64,000 nt of DNA from Octopus vulgaris. Its lineage: Eukaryota. The translations under genes and the position numbers were made by a program. The notes beneath the pieces are model-generated. The model saw only the letters and a list, made by a program, of their open reading frames with translations. It searched no databases and was not told the origin of the DNA. Below, one piece after another: positions 13,915 through 27,055 of the stretch. Within the stretch, counting starts at the first letter, position 1. Every line of letters begins with the position of its first letter. The stretch is from positions 8,184,001 to 8,248,000 of the forward strand of contig OX597824.1 in the NCBI GenBank assembly GCA_951406725.2, given 5' to 3'.

Positions 13915-14428
13915 AATAAGTCTGGTACTTAGCCTAACAGTCTCTCTTGCTGAACTGGTAAGTTACAGGGATGTAAACAAACCAACACAAGTTCTCATGC
14001 TGAAACTGGAGGGACAAACACAAACATGCACACATGTATAAATATATATATATATATATATTGAAGCTTGGTCCTGCCAGTGCTCCCATGCCAGTGACAT
14101 GTAAAAAGCACCCACTACACTCTCGGAGAAGTTGGCATTAGGAAGGGTATCCAGCTGTAGAAACTTTGCCAGATCAGACTGGAGTCTGGTGCTGCCTTCT
14201 GACTTGCCAGTCCTCAGTCAAACCGTCCAACCCATGCCAGCATGGAAAGCAGACATTAAACGACGATGATGATGATATATGAATGATAGTTTTCATCTTA
14301 CTTCACTCAAAGCATTGGTCAGTCTTTTGCTGTAGTAAGATACTTGAGCAAGGTACTGCACAGAAGGATTGAACTTTAAACCGTGTAGCTGCAAAGCAGG
14401 CTTCTTAACCACACAGCTGTGCCCGCAA
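13915..14428 (-). mobile_element. SINE family A with a nested family B copy (14070-14277, plus) in its (TA)n tract
   Basis: Family A halves flank a family B copy ending TTAAACGACGATGATGATG. Confidence 0.7.
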
Positions 14429-14570
14429 CTATTTGCTAAAAATTCTGACAGAGAAAGTTGTTTTTTTTTTTTAAAATTTAAAATATCAATATTTTAAAAC
14501 AAGCAATTTTCTAGCAAATACTAGAGTTGGTTCCAGACAGGCTGTTATCAAGTGGCTCCCCACATCCCAA

Positions 14571-15316
14571 TCTCTCTCTATATATAAAGCTGAAGTTGTC
14601 TGTGTATGGCAGGTTTGGTAGCCTTCAACTAACACTGTCTCCTCCGAGACCCTGTGGCACAAGTTGACCAAAATTGAGAGTATGATAGAAGAAGGCTTGC
14701 TCTTCCTTCTGTAGAAGAAAAAATAATCTTCCATGTTAGACATATTCAAATCTCTCTACATAAAGTTGAAGTCGTCTGCGTGTGGCAGGTTTGGTAGCCT
14801 TCAACTAACACTATCTCCTCCGAGACCCTGTGGCACAAGTTGACCAAAATTGAGAGTATGATAGAATGAGGCTTGCTCTTCCTTCCTTAGAAGAAAAAAT
14901 AATCTTCCATGTTAGACATATTCAAATCTCTCTACATAAAGTTGAAGTCGTCTGCGTGTGGCAGGTTTGGTAGCCTTCAACTAACACTATCTCCTCCGAG
15001 ACCCTGCGGCGCAAGTTGACCAAAATTGAGAGTATGATAGAATGAGGCTTGCTCTTCCTTCCTTAGAAGAAAAAATTCAAATCAGACCATGTTAACACCA
15101 AAAATTATTTACATCAAAAACGTGCTTTTTTTCTATGAAAATCCCTATTTTTTACGATTTTTTGACTGCTGTGTTGCCATTTTTCAGTGTATTTCAACCA
15201 GAAAAATGTTCACTTAAAGAGAATAACAAGCTATATAATGCAAAATTTTTACTTTTCAAAAATTCCAATTCTAAAGGGTCGGAACAAACCCGAGTAACGC
15301 TGGGCGATACTGCTGG
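14571..15316 (+). mobile_element. Non-autonomous Helitron with its 5' part triplicated (176-bp period)
   Basis: TC start, hairpin CCCGAGTAACGCTGGG, CTGG end; 5' segment restarts at 14751 and 14927. Confidence 0.85.
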
Positions 15317-15367
15317 TCAATTGATAAGCGGGGAAACAAACAGAAATGGGTTTGTCTGCTTTTGTCA

Positions 15368-15596
15368 TTAACCCTTTTGTTACCATATTTATTATGAGAT
15401 GCTCTGTGTTTCTTTCAATTAATTTTAAATATAACAAAGAATTTAGTAAAATAACTTAGTCATCATTAAGCTAGTGTTAGGAACATTAATTGTGACTAAG
15501 GTTTGGTGAAAGATCTTAATTCAAAACTTATGAAAACAAGACATTTCTACTCAGAGCCAGAAGCTGTTTCAGCTGGGTTGGATTCAAAAGGGTTAA
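15368..15596. mobile_element. piggyBac-type MITE family C
   Basis: TTAACCCTTTTG...CAAAAGGGTTAA. Confidence 0.85.
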
Positions 15597-17147
15597 ACAA
15601 ATAGCTGTTAAATGATTCATCTTTTACATTAAATTTATTGGGCAACCTCTTCTAAGCAAACACACATTACAAGCATTCATACACACAGGTGTAAGACCCA
15701 ATTCTCAGACAGACTCTGAAAAGTCCTTGCAGCAAATCACTAAGTCACTGAAAATGTCATGAATGGTAATGAAAGAACTTTGACTAACAAACAATCAACT
15801 GATTGTTTAACCAACTGACTAACGATAACGAAGTGGAATTGAACCTGTATCATCATCATCATCATCATCATTTGACATCCGCTTTCCATGCTGGCATGGG
15901 TTAGACAGTTTGACTAGAGCTGGCATGCTGGAAAGCTGGACCAGACTCCAGCTTCAGGTATCTTTGAGGTATTATTTCAGGTTAAGCAACACTAGTGGAC
16001 TAAATTCTGTAACTGACCAACAGGAAGAATGGTCAATTCTGCTCATAAATTCATTTGAGTTTTTGGAGTTTTCTTCATCATTTTCATTTCATTTTCCAGT
16101 GTTGTTGAAATAGTGCACTTATAGCAAACTGCTATTTCACAAAATTGTACAAAAACAGATAAATTATCATTAAAAGAAAAACTTTAATATTTTACTTCCT
16201 TTCAAACTTAATAATAAACAGGAAGATGGCAGCAACCACAGCACTCGTATGCAACAAAATGTATGAAAGCGTGTTGAGAAAGTAATGTGAAGAAAACTTT
16301 TGACTTATTTCCAACAAGAGTGACAATCCTCCACTCAGTATTTTGCCAAAATAACCTTATTAACCCTTCTGTTACCAAATTTCTCTTAGAAATTCATTGC
16401 CTGTCTTTCAATTTGTTTAGAAAACAAGGAAAAAATATAGTAAACTAATAAGTTTTTTTGTTATAATTAAGTTAATATTTGGAACATAAATCATTAAGAA
16501 ATTTTGATGGAGGGTTTTAATTTCAATCATTTTAGAAGAAGAAGTCTGTATCAGAAAAACCAAAGACAGTCTCAAGTATGAAGGTACCAAAAAGGTTATA
16601 ACATCATTTCAGAGTCATATAAATAAATCTCGTTTGAAATTAAGACCATTAACAAAAGCGAGATGTCTGCAAGATACAACAATGAATCACTTTAAATCTG
16701 TTTTATTGAAATAACAAAAGGAGAATGGAGAAGATTAAAAACCAGATTTATTAATGTACAGCCCTACAGCCTAGGAAAGAATACTTAAAATCAAAATGCT
16801 CTTTTACATTAAATCTGAGAAAAGGGGCCACAATTATAAACACTGTTATTGTTATTGACATAACATTGTTATGTCAATATTGCACAATCAATTAAATTAA
16901 GGGTGGTAATGATTGCCTATAACAACAGTATGAACACCAATCAATGTAAAAGATTTATTAAAATTTCTACATTGTAGTCAGAAGAACTATAAACATAGAG
17001 GGCGAAAAACTCATAACTTGTACTTCAGACTATACATGGGAGATGAAGCTTTCCACTGAGGTATCACACTGTAGGTGTGTGGGTGTGTCTAACCCATGCC
17101 AGCAAGGATAACATATTAAATGATGATGATAATGAGATGTAATACAT

Positions 17148-17352
17148 TACACACACATGGAGACACACACATATACATATGCACACCTACAATTATACAC
17201 ATACATTTATACATTTGTACACATATACACACACACAGACCTACTATTGTACATTACACAACTATGTACACACATACATATACACACGAATTATACACAT
17301 ATATTCACACATACACACAGTTATATATACACACACACACACACATGTTTAT

Positions 17353-17395
<43 letters not shown>

Positions 17396-17482
17396 GACAT
17401 ATTTATACACACACATATATACACACACATATATACACACACATATATATACACACATACACATACATGTACACAAGCACAC
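17148..17482. repeat. Mixed (CA)/(TA) low-complexity tract
   Basis: Alternating purine-pyrimidine runs. Confidence 0.9.
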
Positions 17483-17524
17483 ACTAATACAATTTTCAAC
17501 TTACGATACGTGAATAACGCTTAC

Positions 17525-17628
17525 TTGAAGGAAACGGCATCGATAAATAAATAAAAGCCAACTGCTCTAAGTGTGGCCATATGGAACATGAAAATCGCCT
17601 CATTTTCCCTTTGTCTTTCTATTTCCAT
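17525..17628 (-). CDS. Candidate first coding exon MEIERQRENEAIFMFHMATLRAVGFYLFIDAVSF (phase 2)
   Basis: ATG at 17628, open for 104 nt to AA|GTAAGC; a phase-1 frame is also open, so ambiguous. Confidence 0.3.
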
Positions 17629-19859
17629 TCCTCGTCTGAATCATAAAAGCCGTAATTAAAATTCACTTCAAATGACAGAATCAGAAACATCTGCCAAATT
17701 AAGTGATTCCCAGAAACAAAGCCAGAACAGAGGAACGATGTGTCATACTGATGTAAGAATACAAAAACAGTACAACAACGATCAATAACAGCAATCAAAC
17801 CCCACAACATTTAGAATTCTTTATTCAACATGTGTTTATTAATCAAAGAACTCCCTCTCTCTCTCTCTCTCTCACAGAGCACTGATTTCATAATGCACAA
17901 GAGACAATTCTATAAAAATATACGATGTTAAGGAATCTTTATAGTGGTATTGATAAAAATCAATACAATTACTTGGATGGTGTCTTTAGGAAAATAATCG
18001 ATATTTTTAAGTAATATCTGATGGGTCAAGCAAAGTAAATTAACATAATATTCAAAGATACGGCAGCACCGTTGCAAGAATAGAGAAGGAAAACAAAAGC
18101 CTGAGGAATAACTTATTCATCTCCAGGACAATAGCAGTCAGCGGAGAGAGAAGAAATATTAAAAAAGGAGAATCAGGGCAAGAAGCAGAGACTAAGAGAG
18201 GCAAAGACACTTCAGCTGCCACAAATAACTTCAAACCAATTTCCCTGACATTAAACGGGTTTCTTCTAAGTATAACTTCCAGGTCAACCAACTCAGACCA
18301 CGGAAGATAAGAGCCTTTAGTGTTGTAAGTCAAATAATTATAATTAAAGTTCTTGAAAAACAAGCTTGGATACTAGCAAAAGTATTGAGAGAGAGGGTGG
18401 GGAGAGAAAGGAAGAGAGGGGGTTGAGAGATAAAGGGGTGAAAAGAAAGCATGCTCGTTAACGAAAACAAAAAAAAACCCTACTTAGTTGGTAGAATTTA
18501 CTATAAAAGAACAAAAGTGATATTCTGAAATATGTTTTAACAGCAAATTACAAAACAGAATAGAGACTACAAGACGTGTTTCCACTGGGCACATGCACAT
18601 GGGATGCAGTGCCTTGCAAAATTTAATGAGTCACTGGCGATGAATATTAAATCAACTAGAAGAATCTATGACTTGAAATTCAACTCAAAACCACTTATCA
18701 AAAAGGAGAGAGAGAGAGGAAAAAATTAAGGGATACACAAGGATCTTTGTAAATACTACTGATACAACAAAACACACACAAACACATAAATATATATATA
18801 TATATACAGTCCGTAAAATTAGAGAAAAATAACAAATTAAAAATAAATGTCCCGAGAGCAAGTTAGAGAAAAAGCATCAGGTGGTGTGAGAGACGGACGC
18901 TTGGATAATCGACAAGTATGAATCACACATGTAAAAGTAGCTGTAGTATTTCACTGAACAAGCAAAAGAAAAAATACAACAGGCAAACATAGTAGCTATT
19001 CAATCTAAAAAGTATAAAAGATCTACATGGGAGGCTTTTGTGAGTTACTTAATGCAGCATGATGTCATAATCATATCACATGTAGCAAAAAAAAAAAATC
19101 AAAAAAGAAAAAGAAAAAGAAACAAAACTGGAAATGTTATATACACGGAAAAAAGACAACGGAAAACAATAGCATATAAACAATTACTTACAATTAATTT
19201 GGTTTTCGTTTATATAGAAAAGAAACAATAAGGGAGGAAAGGAGAAAAAACCCGGTATCCTAAAAATGCTAAGGGTAGAAAATAGGTGAAAACTCGAAAC
19301 GGCTAAAAACTGAAAATGACCAGAGAGAGAGGAAAAGTCGACAAGAAGCTCTACAACAACAGCCTAAGGTTCTGCTAAAAAGAGGCAGCAACAGAAGCAA
19401 CCGAGGAGTGGCTGGCTGGCTGGTGGGTTGGTTGGTTGGTTGGTTGGCTGAAGCAGTAGCAGGCTCTTTAGCTATACGGAGCTATCTGGTATTGATCGAT
19501 CTGGAGATGGAGTAGTCAAAGCCAGGATAGATGCGGGCAATTGGCAGCAGCAGCACCAACGTGTGTGTCTGTGCGTGCGTCTGTGTGTGTGTGTCAGCCG
19601 GAATGATTAATCCTTAAGTGGATGATTCTACAGATTCTGTTTCTCTTTCGTTGTGATGGGGAAATACAACTAATCCGAGATAATCGAAGGGAAATAAACA
19701 TTTATTTCAATTTAGAAAACAGAGGAGTGAGTTCAAACGCTTTCTGACCACAAACAGGAAAAGAAGAAAAAAAAAACTACATTACTTTCCAAAAGTTACA
19801 AGACTATAGCTGTTGCCTACCTTAGGCATCAATGAGTGTGTGTGTGTTTCTATACATCT

Positions 19860-19860
19860 T

Positions 19861-19944
<84 letters not shown>

Positions 19945-19955
19945 CATATATATAC

Positions 19956-19986
<31 letters not shown>

Positions 19987-20011
19987 CATATATATACATA
20001 CATATATATAC

Positions 20012-20042
<31 letters not shown>

Positions 20043-20113
20043 CATATATACATATATATACATATATATATATATATACATATATATATACATATATATA
20101 CATATATATATAC

Positions 20114-20166
<53 letters not shown>

Positions 20167-20239
20167 CACACACATATATATATATATAACACATATATAT
20201 ATATACACACACATATATACACACACACACATACACACA

Positions 20240-20312
<73 letters not shown>

Positions 20313-20333
20313 CATCATTATTATCATCATCAT
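19860..20333. repeat. Compound microsatellite (TG)n-(TA/CA)n-(CA)n-(ATC)n
   Basis: Directly visible. Confidence 0.95.
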
Positions 20334-20362
20334 CGTTTAGCGTCCGTTTTCCATAGAGAGAG

Positions 20363-20655
20363 AGAGGCACAATGGTCCAGTGGTTAGGGTAGCAGACTCG
20401 CGGTTGGAGGATCGTGGTTTCGATTCCCAGGCTGAGCATTGTGTGTGTTTATTGATTAAAAACACCTGAGGCTCCATGAGGCAGGGGATGGTGGCAACCC
20501 CTGTTGTACTCTTTCACCCAAACTTTCTTTCAATCTTTCTTCCTGTTTCTTGGGTAATGCTGCGATGGACTGGCATCCCGTCCAGCTGGGGGGAACACAT
20601 ACGCCATAGAAACCGGGAAACTGGGCCCATGAGCCTGGCTAGGCTTGAAAAGAGC
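20363..20655 (+). mobile_element. tRNA-derived SINE family H
   Basis: TGGTCCAGTGGTTAGG A-box and GGTTTCGATTCCC B-box; head shared with 41139-41440. Confidence 0.8.
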
Positions 20656-21052
20656 TTTAGGTGTTTTTAACCAATAAACACACACACAAGAAGACACTTT
20701 CCCAAGAGGCCATGCAGTGGGTCTGAGCTAACCAACACCTAGTGATTGGATTTGGTAGATGGAAACTGAAAGAAGCCCATCATGTGTATGTGTGTGTGTG
20801 TGTGTATATATTAATATCTCTTGAAATCCCATGATGGTAGTAAAGAAGCATCACTGCCATGTTCATTTTTATTCTTCTGTGAAAAACATGTCTGGCCATG
20901 GAAAATATTACCTTCCTTGGAAACAAGTGAGGGTTAGCAACTGGAAGGGCATCAGGCTGTAGAAAATTTGCCACATGATGATGAAAACACACACACATAC
21001 ACACACACAAAGAGAGCATATAAGAGATGACGAATAAGCAACGAACTTCATT

Positions 21053-21133
21053 GGCTTACAACTGTTTCTGCTATAAGATGCAGTGTACTCATAGTTTAGT
21101 GCCTGAGTAACACCTTACAGCTTCATCAGAGCC
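21053..21133 (-). ncRNA. Type-I hammerhead ribozyme motif with long stem II, within a small inverted-repeat element (21023-21196)
   Basis: GGCU-CUGAUGA-A-GCUGUAAG...CUUAUAGC-A-GAAA-CAGUUG-UA-AGCC. Confidence 0.7.
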
Positions 21134-21309
21134 TCAAACATGAAGTGCACTTCATGTAAGCTAATGAAGTTCATCATTTACTCTTTTGTCATCTCTATTT
21201 CTTTATTTTGTACTAAACGAATGCTTCATTCAGAAGCATATGTATATATTGAGTTCTATGCCAGATCATTAGTATTGCAATGAGATATAAGCGAGATATA
21301 TCATCATAT

Positions 21310-21569
21310 CATCAGCTCGGATGCTGTTCCTAATGCCAACGACTCAGAGTATAGTGGGTGCGTTTTATGTGCCACTGGCATAAGAGCCAGTCAAGTGGGC
21401 CTGGCATTGATCACATTCAGATAGTGCTTTTTACATGTCACCGGCACGGGGACCAGTCATGGGGCACTGGCATTGGCCACATTCGGCTTGTGCTTTTTAC
21501 GTGCCAGTGGCACGAGAGCCAGTCAGGGGGCACTAGTATCTGCCACATTCAGATGGTGCTTAATTTATT

Positions 21570-21608
<39 letters not shown>

Positions 21609-22110
21609 TCAGTCATTTGACTGCGGCCATGCATAGAAGGTGGACGTTAATCAATGATCATGACCATCATCTAACGTTCGTTGTCCATACTGGCATGGGT
21701 TGGACGGTTTGACCAAGGCTAGCAAGCTGGAAGGGTGCATTAGATTCCAGTCTCTTTTGGCATGGTTTCTATGGTTGGATTCCTTTCCTAATGCCAACCA
21801 CTCCAAGGGTGTAATGGGTGCATTTACATGCCACCGGCATGAGTGCCACTTGCATGACACCGGTACCTTCCACAACTGTGGTTTTACTTGGCTCAATGGG
21901 TCATCTTCTCAGGCATAGTATAATGCCAAATGGACTCTGCAATTGCCTCTGTGAGGTGCAACACTCAAAGCACAGCATAAAGCCAAATGGTCTCAAAAGG
22001 AAATCAACCACTGTGAGGCTCAACCCTGTGAGGCTCAACTCTTGAAAGGTGCTTTTTACATGCCACTAGCATGGGTGCCAGTTATGTGACAACAGCATCA
22101 ACTACGATTG
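21310..22110 (-). mobile_element. Cluster of family B fragments
   Basis: Repeated GTGCTTTTTACGTGCCA subunits and the CATGGGTTGGACGG segment. Confidence 0.7.
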
Positions 22111-22129
22111 AGATTTCACTTCACTTGAC

Positions 22130-22987
22130 CAGTATTCTCAAGCAGAGCATATTGCCAAAGGTCTCAACCACTAGTCATTGCCTCTGTTAGGCCCAAGTTC
22201 GAAGATCATGCTTACTACCACATCCCATGTCTTCCTGGGTCTACCTGTACCACAGATTCCCTCCACAGTTAGGGATCAGTGCTTCTTTACACAGCTGTCC
22301 TCATCCATACACATCACATGACCATACAAGTGCATTCATCTCTCTTGCACACGTCTGATGCTTCTTATGCCTAACTTTTCTCTCAAGATGCTTACACTCT
22401 GTCAAACATGCACACTGACATTGCACACCTGACAAAGCATACTGGCTTCCTTTCTTTCAAGCCTAAGCATGTCCTTGGCTGTCACAGCCTATGTTTCACC
22501 ACCATGTAGCATAGCAGTTCACACACAAGCATCATACAATCTGCCTTTCACTCTGAGGGAGAGGCCCTTTGATGCCAGCAGAGATAGGAGCTCTCTAAAC
22601 TTTGCCCAGCCTAATCTTATTCTCACAACTATGTTCTCAGAGCATCCACCTCTACTACTAACTTGATCACCTACAAAATGGAAGCTATCTACTACTTCTA
22701 GCTTACTTCCCTGACAGTTGATGGAGTCTATTATCTGTTCATTGTACCTGTGCACCTTCCACACACAAAAGCTGTTTTCCTTGTTAACCTTCCTCTGATA
22801 TTGCTGCACCTTTTATGTGTCCAAAGCTTACACTGGGTTTATCTTACAGAGTTACTACACCTTTTCTACAGATTGAGCAGGGCCATCTAGCTGAAGGGAC
22901 TTGTGATTTGTCTGCCTTCCTACTTGCTAAGACTTTGGTTTTTGCTACGTTAACTCTTTGGCCCTTCGATTCTAGGCTTTACTTCCA
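22130..22987 (-). mobile_element. RTE-clade LINE fragment (end of RT and downstream domain, decayed)
   Basis: KLEVVDSFHFVGDQVSSRGGCSENIVVRIRLGWAKFRELLSLLASKGLSLRVKGRLYDACV...YGHV...GRPRKTW, with stops. Confidence 0.9.
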
Positions 22988-23138
22988 TGCCAGCATGGAA
23001 GGCGGACGTTCAATCAATGATACAATCGTTATTATGTCAACTTTCCCAAGCTTGTACAGGTCAGACCAAGTTTATTGAAGCTGTTTTCACATCTGGGTGT
23101 CTGTCTTGTTGCTAACCCTTTTAGGATTCCAATTCTTA

Positions 23139-23385
23139 TCGTTTAAGGTCCGCTTTCCATGCTAGCATGGGTTGGACGATTTTGACTGAGGGCTGGCGAA
23201 CCAGATGGCTGCACCAGGGTCCAATCTTGATCTGGCAGAGTTTCTACAGCTGGATGCCCTTCCTAACGCCAACCACTCCGAGAGTGTAGTGGGTGCTTTT
23301 TACGAGCCACCGGCATGGGGGCCAGTCAGGCGGTACTGGCAATGACCTCGCTCGAATCTTTTTACACATGCTACCGGCACAGGTA
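23139..23385 (-). mobile_element. SINE-like family B
   Basis: Family B consensus match. Confidence 0.8.
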
Positions 23386-23821
23386 CCAGCAAAGTAATAT
23401 TCCCTCCATGGTCAGACACGTTTTCATAGAATACCAGAAATCACACAATAAGAAGGCAAGGAAACACACACACACACACACACACACGTGTAAAAGACTT
23501 CCAGTTTCCCCCCTACACATATCCAAAGCAGACATTGAGACTTGTTGGTTCCTGTCAACCTGTCCAACCCATTCCAACATGGATAAAAGACGAATACACA
23601 GTGACATACAATATTAAAGCAATATCTATTTGCTGTTGCCAAATTAACAGCTTTGAGAGAAATTTCTGTAGGCAGTATTGAGACCGAAGCAAAAATGTAA
23701 CCAATAAGCCTCAGGAGATCTACTGATATCCTACCAAACACCGAAACATACTTTCACTTAAGACACATGCTTTTATAATGGAGAAAGACTGTTTAACACA
23801 CAGGCAAAGCCAACATATCTG

Positions 23822-24210
23822 TTGTGTGTGTGTGTGTGTGTATATATGTGTGTGTATATGTGTGTGTGTATATGTGTGTGTGTATATATGTGTGTAAGTA
23901 TATGTGTGTGTGTATATATGTGTGTAAGTATGTGTGTGTGTGTATATGTGTGTGTGTAAGTATATGTGTGTGTGTGTGTAAGTATATATGTGTGTGTGTG
24001 TATGTATATATGTGTGTGTGTGTAAGTATATATATGTGTGTGTATGTATATATGTGTGTGTATGTATATATATATGTGTGTGTATGTATATATGTGTGTG
24101 TGTATGTATATGTGTGTGTGTGGTGTGTATATATATATACACACATATATATACACACACACATATATATATATATATATACACACACATATATATATAT
24201 ATACACACAC

Positions 24211-24241
<31 letters not shown>

Positions 24242-24298
24242 TATATATATACACACACACACACATATATATATACACACACACACACACATATATAT

Positions 24299-24349
<51 letters not shown>

Positions 24350-24502
24350 TATATATACACACACATATATATATATACACACACACACACATATATATAT
24401 ACACACACACACATATATATATATACACACACACACACATATATATATATACACACACACACACACATATATATATACACACACACACACACATATATAT
24501 AT

Positions 24503-24588
<86 letters not shown>
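23822..24588. repeat. Large compound microsatellite: TG/TA-rich half then CA/TA-rich half
   Basis: Directly visible; polarity switches near 24130. Confidence 0.95.
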
Positions 24589-24593
<5 letters not shown>

Positions 24594-25118
24594 TCATTTA
24601 GCATCCGTTATCCATATATATATATCATATACTTTTTATGAATTTCTTTGTGTATTCAACAAAATCTCATTCTTAGTCAGCTTAAAAACCTTGTAAGGCA
24701 TTTGTACCACTTCTACAAATACTGGAGATAAACATCAACTCAGAAATGGCTAGCATCATTTACAGATCTGAATTTAGTGGATGCCGTTTCAAAACAAAAA
24801 AAAATATCAAGATGACAAGCTAGTTGCAGATAATTCCTGATAAGCACTATTTCAAGCAGTATCCTTTTCTAACTTAGACAGTATTAAGCTTAGCAATGAC
24901 TAATTTAATGGATAATCCATTGAACAATCACATGAAGCCTAGAGAGAAAAAAATAAAAATGCTTTCCTTTATCCATCTTGCATGGGTTACATATGTTTGT
25001 AAATTCTGGTTTTCAGATAGATGACAGATGACAGATGATAGATGACAGATGCACAATCAATGCATTTGTGCATGTGATCTTTCTAATAAAGAGGTGATGT
25101 TTCAACATGGCAGTAACT

Positions 25119-25337
25119 TTAACCCTTTTGTTACCATATTTCTGTTGAGATACTCTGTGTTTCTGTCAATTAATTTTAAATATAACATAGAATTTAGTAA
25201 AATAATTAAGCTAGTGTTAGGAACATAAATTGTGACTAAGGTTTGCTGGAAGATTTTAATTCAGAACTTATGAAAACAAGACATTTGTACTACAGGGCCA
25301 GAGGTAGCTTCGACCAGGTTGGTAACAAAAGGGTTAA
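25119..25337. mobile_element. piggyBac-type MITE family C
   Basis: TTAACCCTTTTGTTACC...GGTAACAAAAGGGTTAA, perfect TIRs. Confidence 0.88.
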
Positions 25338-25478
25338 ACACACCTCTACATTGGGGCAGAAGCACATTAGAAGCAGTTGGAAGGATGTGGATTGAAGGAA
25401 ATTTAGGCTATTATTTCTAGCATATAGAGTGACCACACCGAAGTCTCCTCTAATGTCTTCTGCTGATTATTTTTATTC

Positions 25479-25712
25479 TTAACCCTTTCGTTACCATAAT
25501 TTCTGTTGAGATGCTCTGTGATTCTTCAAATTAATTTTAAATATAACAAAGAATTTAGTAAAGTAACTTAGTTATTGTCATTAAGATAATGTGAGGAACA
25601 TAAATTGCGACTAAGGTTTGGTGGAAGATTTCAATTCAAAACTTATGAAAACAAGACATTTGTACTACAGAGCCAGAGCCGGTTTTGGGCGGGTTGGTAA
25701 GGAAAGGGTCAA
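25479..25712. mobile_element. piggyBac-type MITE family C
   Basis: TTAACCCTTTCGTTACC...GGTAAGGAAAGGGTCAA. Confidence 0.85.
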
Positions 25713-25870
25713 TAATGGTCAATTTCAGGCTATTACAAATGACTAATTTCATTTGAGAGATTTTGAAAAAGAAATGGAAGAAAATAAGAGGAACAGAGAA
25801 AGGTGAAGAGAGAAGTGCTTCTCCAGACGAATACAAGCAAGAGAATGTCATTAGCCAAGAATCTGTGCTG

Positions 25871-26110
25871 TGTTACAAATCTGAGAAATGACACACATAG
25901 ACAAATTGAGGCAGTAACACTCTTAGACTCCACCGTTCCTTCGGTCTTCATCTGGCTGTCTTAAATACGTTAGAGAATCGAGGCCTGCCAAGCATGCGAT
26001 ACAAACCAGTGCAAATGATGCAATTTAATTAGCTACTCAACCGAGTAGTGGCTGACCTCTTCCTAAAAGTGGAGACACTTCAGTATTAACTGGTGTACCG
26101 CCTACTGTAC
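25871..26110 (+). repeat. Left arm of a 240-bp inverted repeat (partner 28317-28556)
   Basis: 7 mismatches in 240 bp by manual alignment. Confidence 0.92.
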
Positions 26111-26442
26111 ATGAACAAAACTCTGCAAATATACCGTATATATATAAATAAATAAATAAATACGACACATGAAGTCTCCAGTCAGCAGTATAGAGAGGCC
26201 AGACATGTTAAAACCACACATTATACTTTAACCCTTCAGCATCCAGATTATTCTGTCAAAAGTAACGCTTATTTATTCCACATTGTTTTCAATTAATCAT
26301 GTCTTATCTTGCAGCTTTTGAGATTTTGAAGAGATAACCGTTAATTTTTAGAATGATATTGTACGGTTAGTGTCAGAAGACAGATTTGGTCAGTTGGCCG
26401 AATATGATTGGCTTAAATGCTACAGGATTATGCTGCATCATT

Positions 26443-26478
<36 letters not shown>

Positions 26479-26489
26479 TTCTCACCTTG

Positions 26490-26897
26490 TTTCACTTATT
26501 TGACTGCGACCATGCTGGAGCACCACCTTTAGTCAAACTAACTGACACCAGGACTTATTCTTTGTAAGCCTAGTACTTATTCTATTGGTCTCTTTTGCTG
26601 AACTGCTAAGTTACTAAGCCTAGTACTTATTCTATTGGTCTCTTTTGTTGAACCGCTAAGTTACGGGGATGTAAACACATCAATGTCGGTTGTTAAGTGA
26701 TGGTGGGGGGAGGAGAAACACAAACACATACATACAATAGGCTTCTTTCAGTTTCCGCTTACCACATCCACTCACAGGGATTTAGTCAGCCCAAAGCCAT
26801 AGTAGAAGACACTTGTCCAAGGTGTCACAGACAGGGACTGAACCAGAACCATGTAATTGGAAAGCAAGCTTCTTACCACACAGCCACTCCTGCCCCT
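26490..26897 (-). mobile_element. SINE family A with an internal 50-bp tandem duplication
   Basis: TAAGCCTAGTACTTATTCTATTGGTCTCTTTTG occurs twice (about 26566-26665). Confidence 0.8.
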
Positions 26898-27055
26898 ATA
26901 TAGATGAATCTTTTTTTTCTTTCTTTTATTTGTTCCTGTCATTTGATTGCAGCAGCCATGCTAGGGCACCAATTTGAAGAGTTAAATCAAACAAATCAAC
27001 ACCCAGAAGATTACTATTTTTAAATCTCACAACATGAGATATTCATCAACAGTAC

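Noticed and set aside
18052-18363. Open frames on both strands in unique sequence
   Set aside because: No recognisable domain, non-ATG start and no convincing splice boundaries; more likely UTR
19782-24696. Long ORFs of YIYI/CVCV/THTH (also at 17.1 kb and 40 kb)
   Set aside because: Translations of dinucleotide microsatellites that lack stops in all frames
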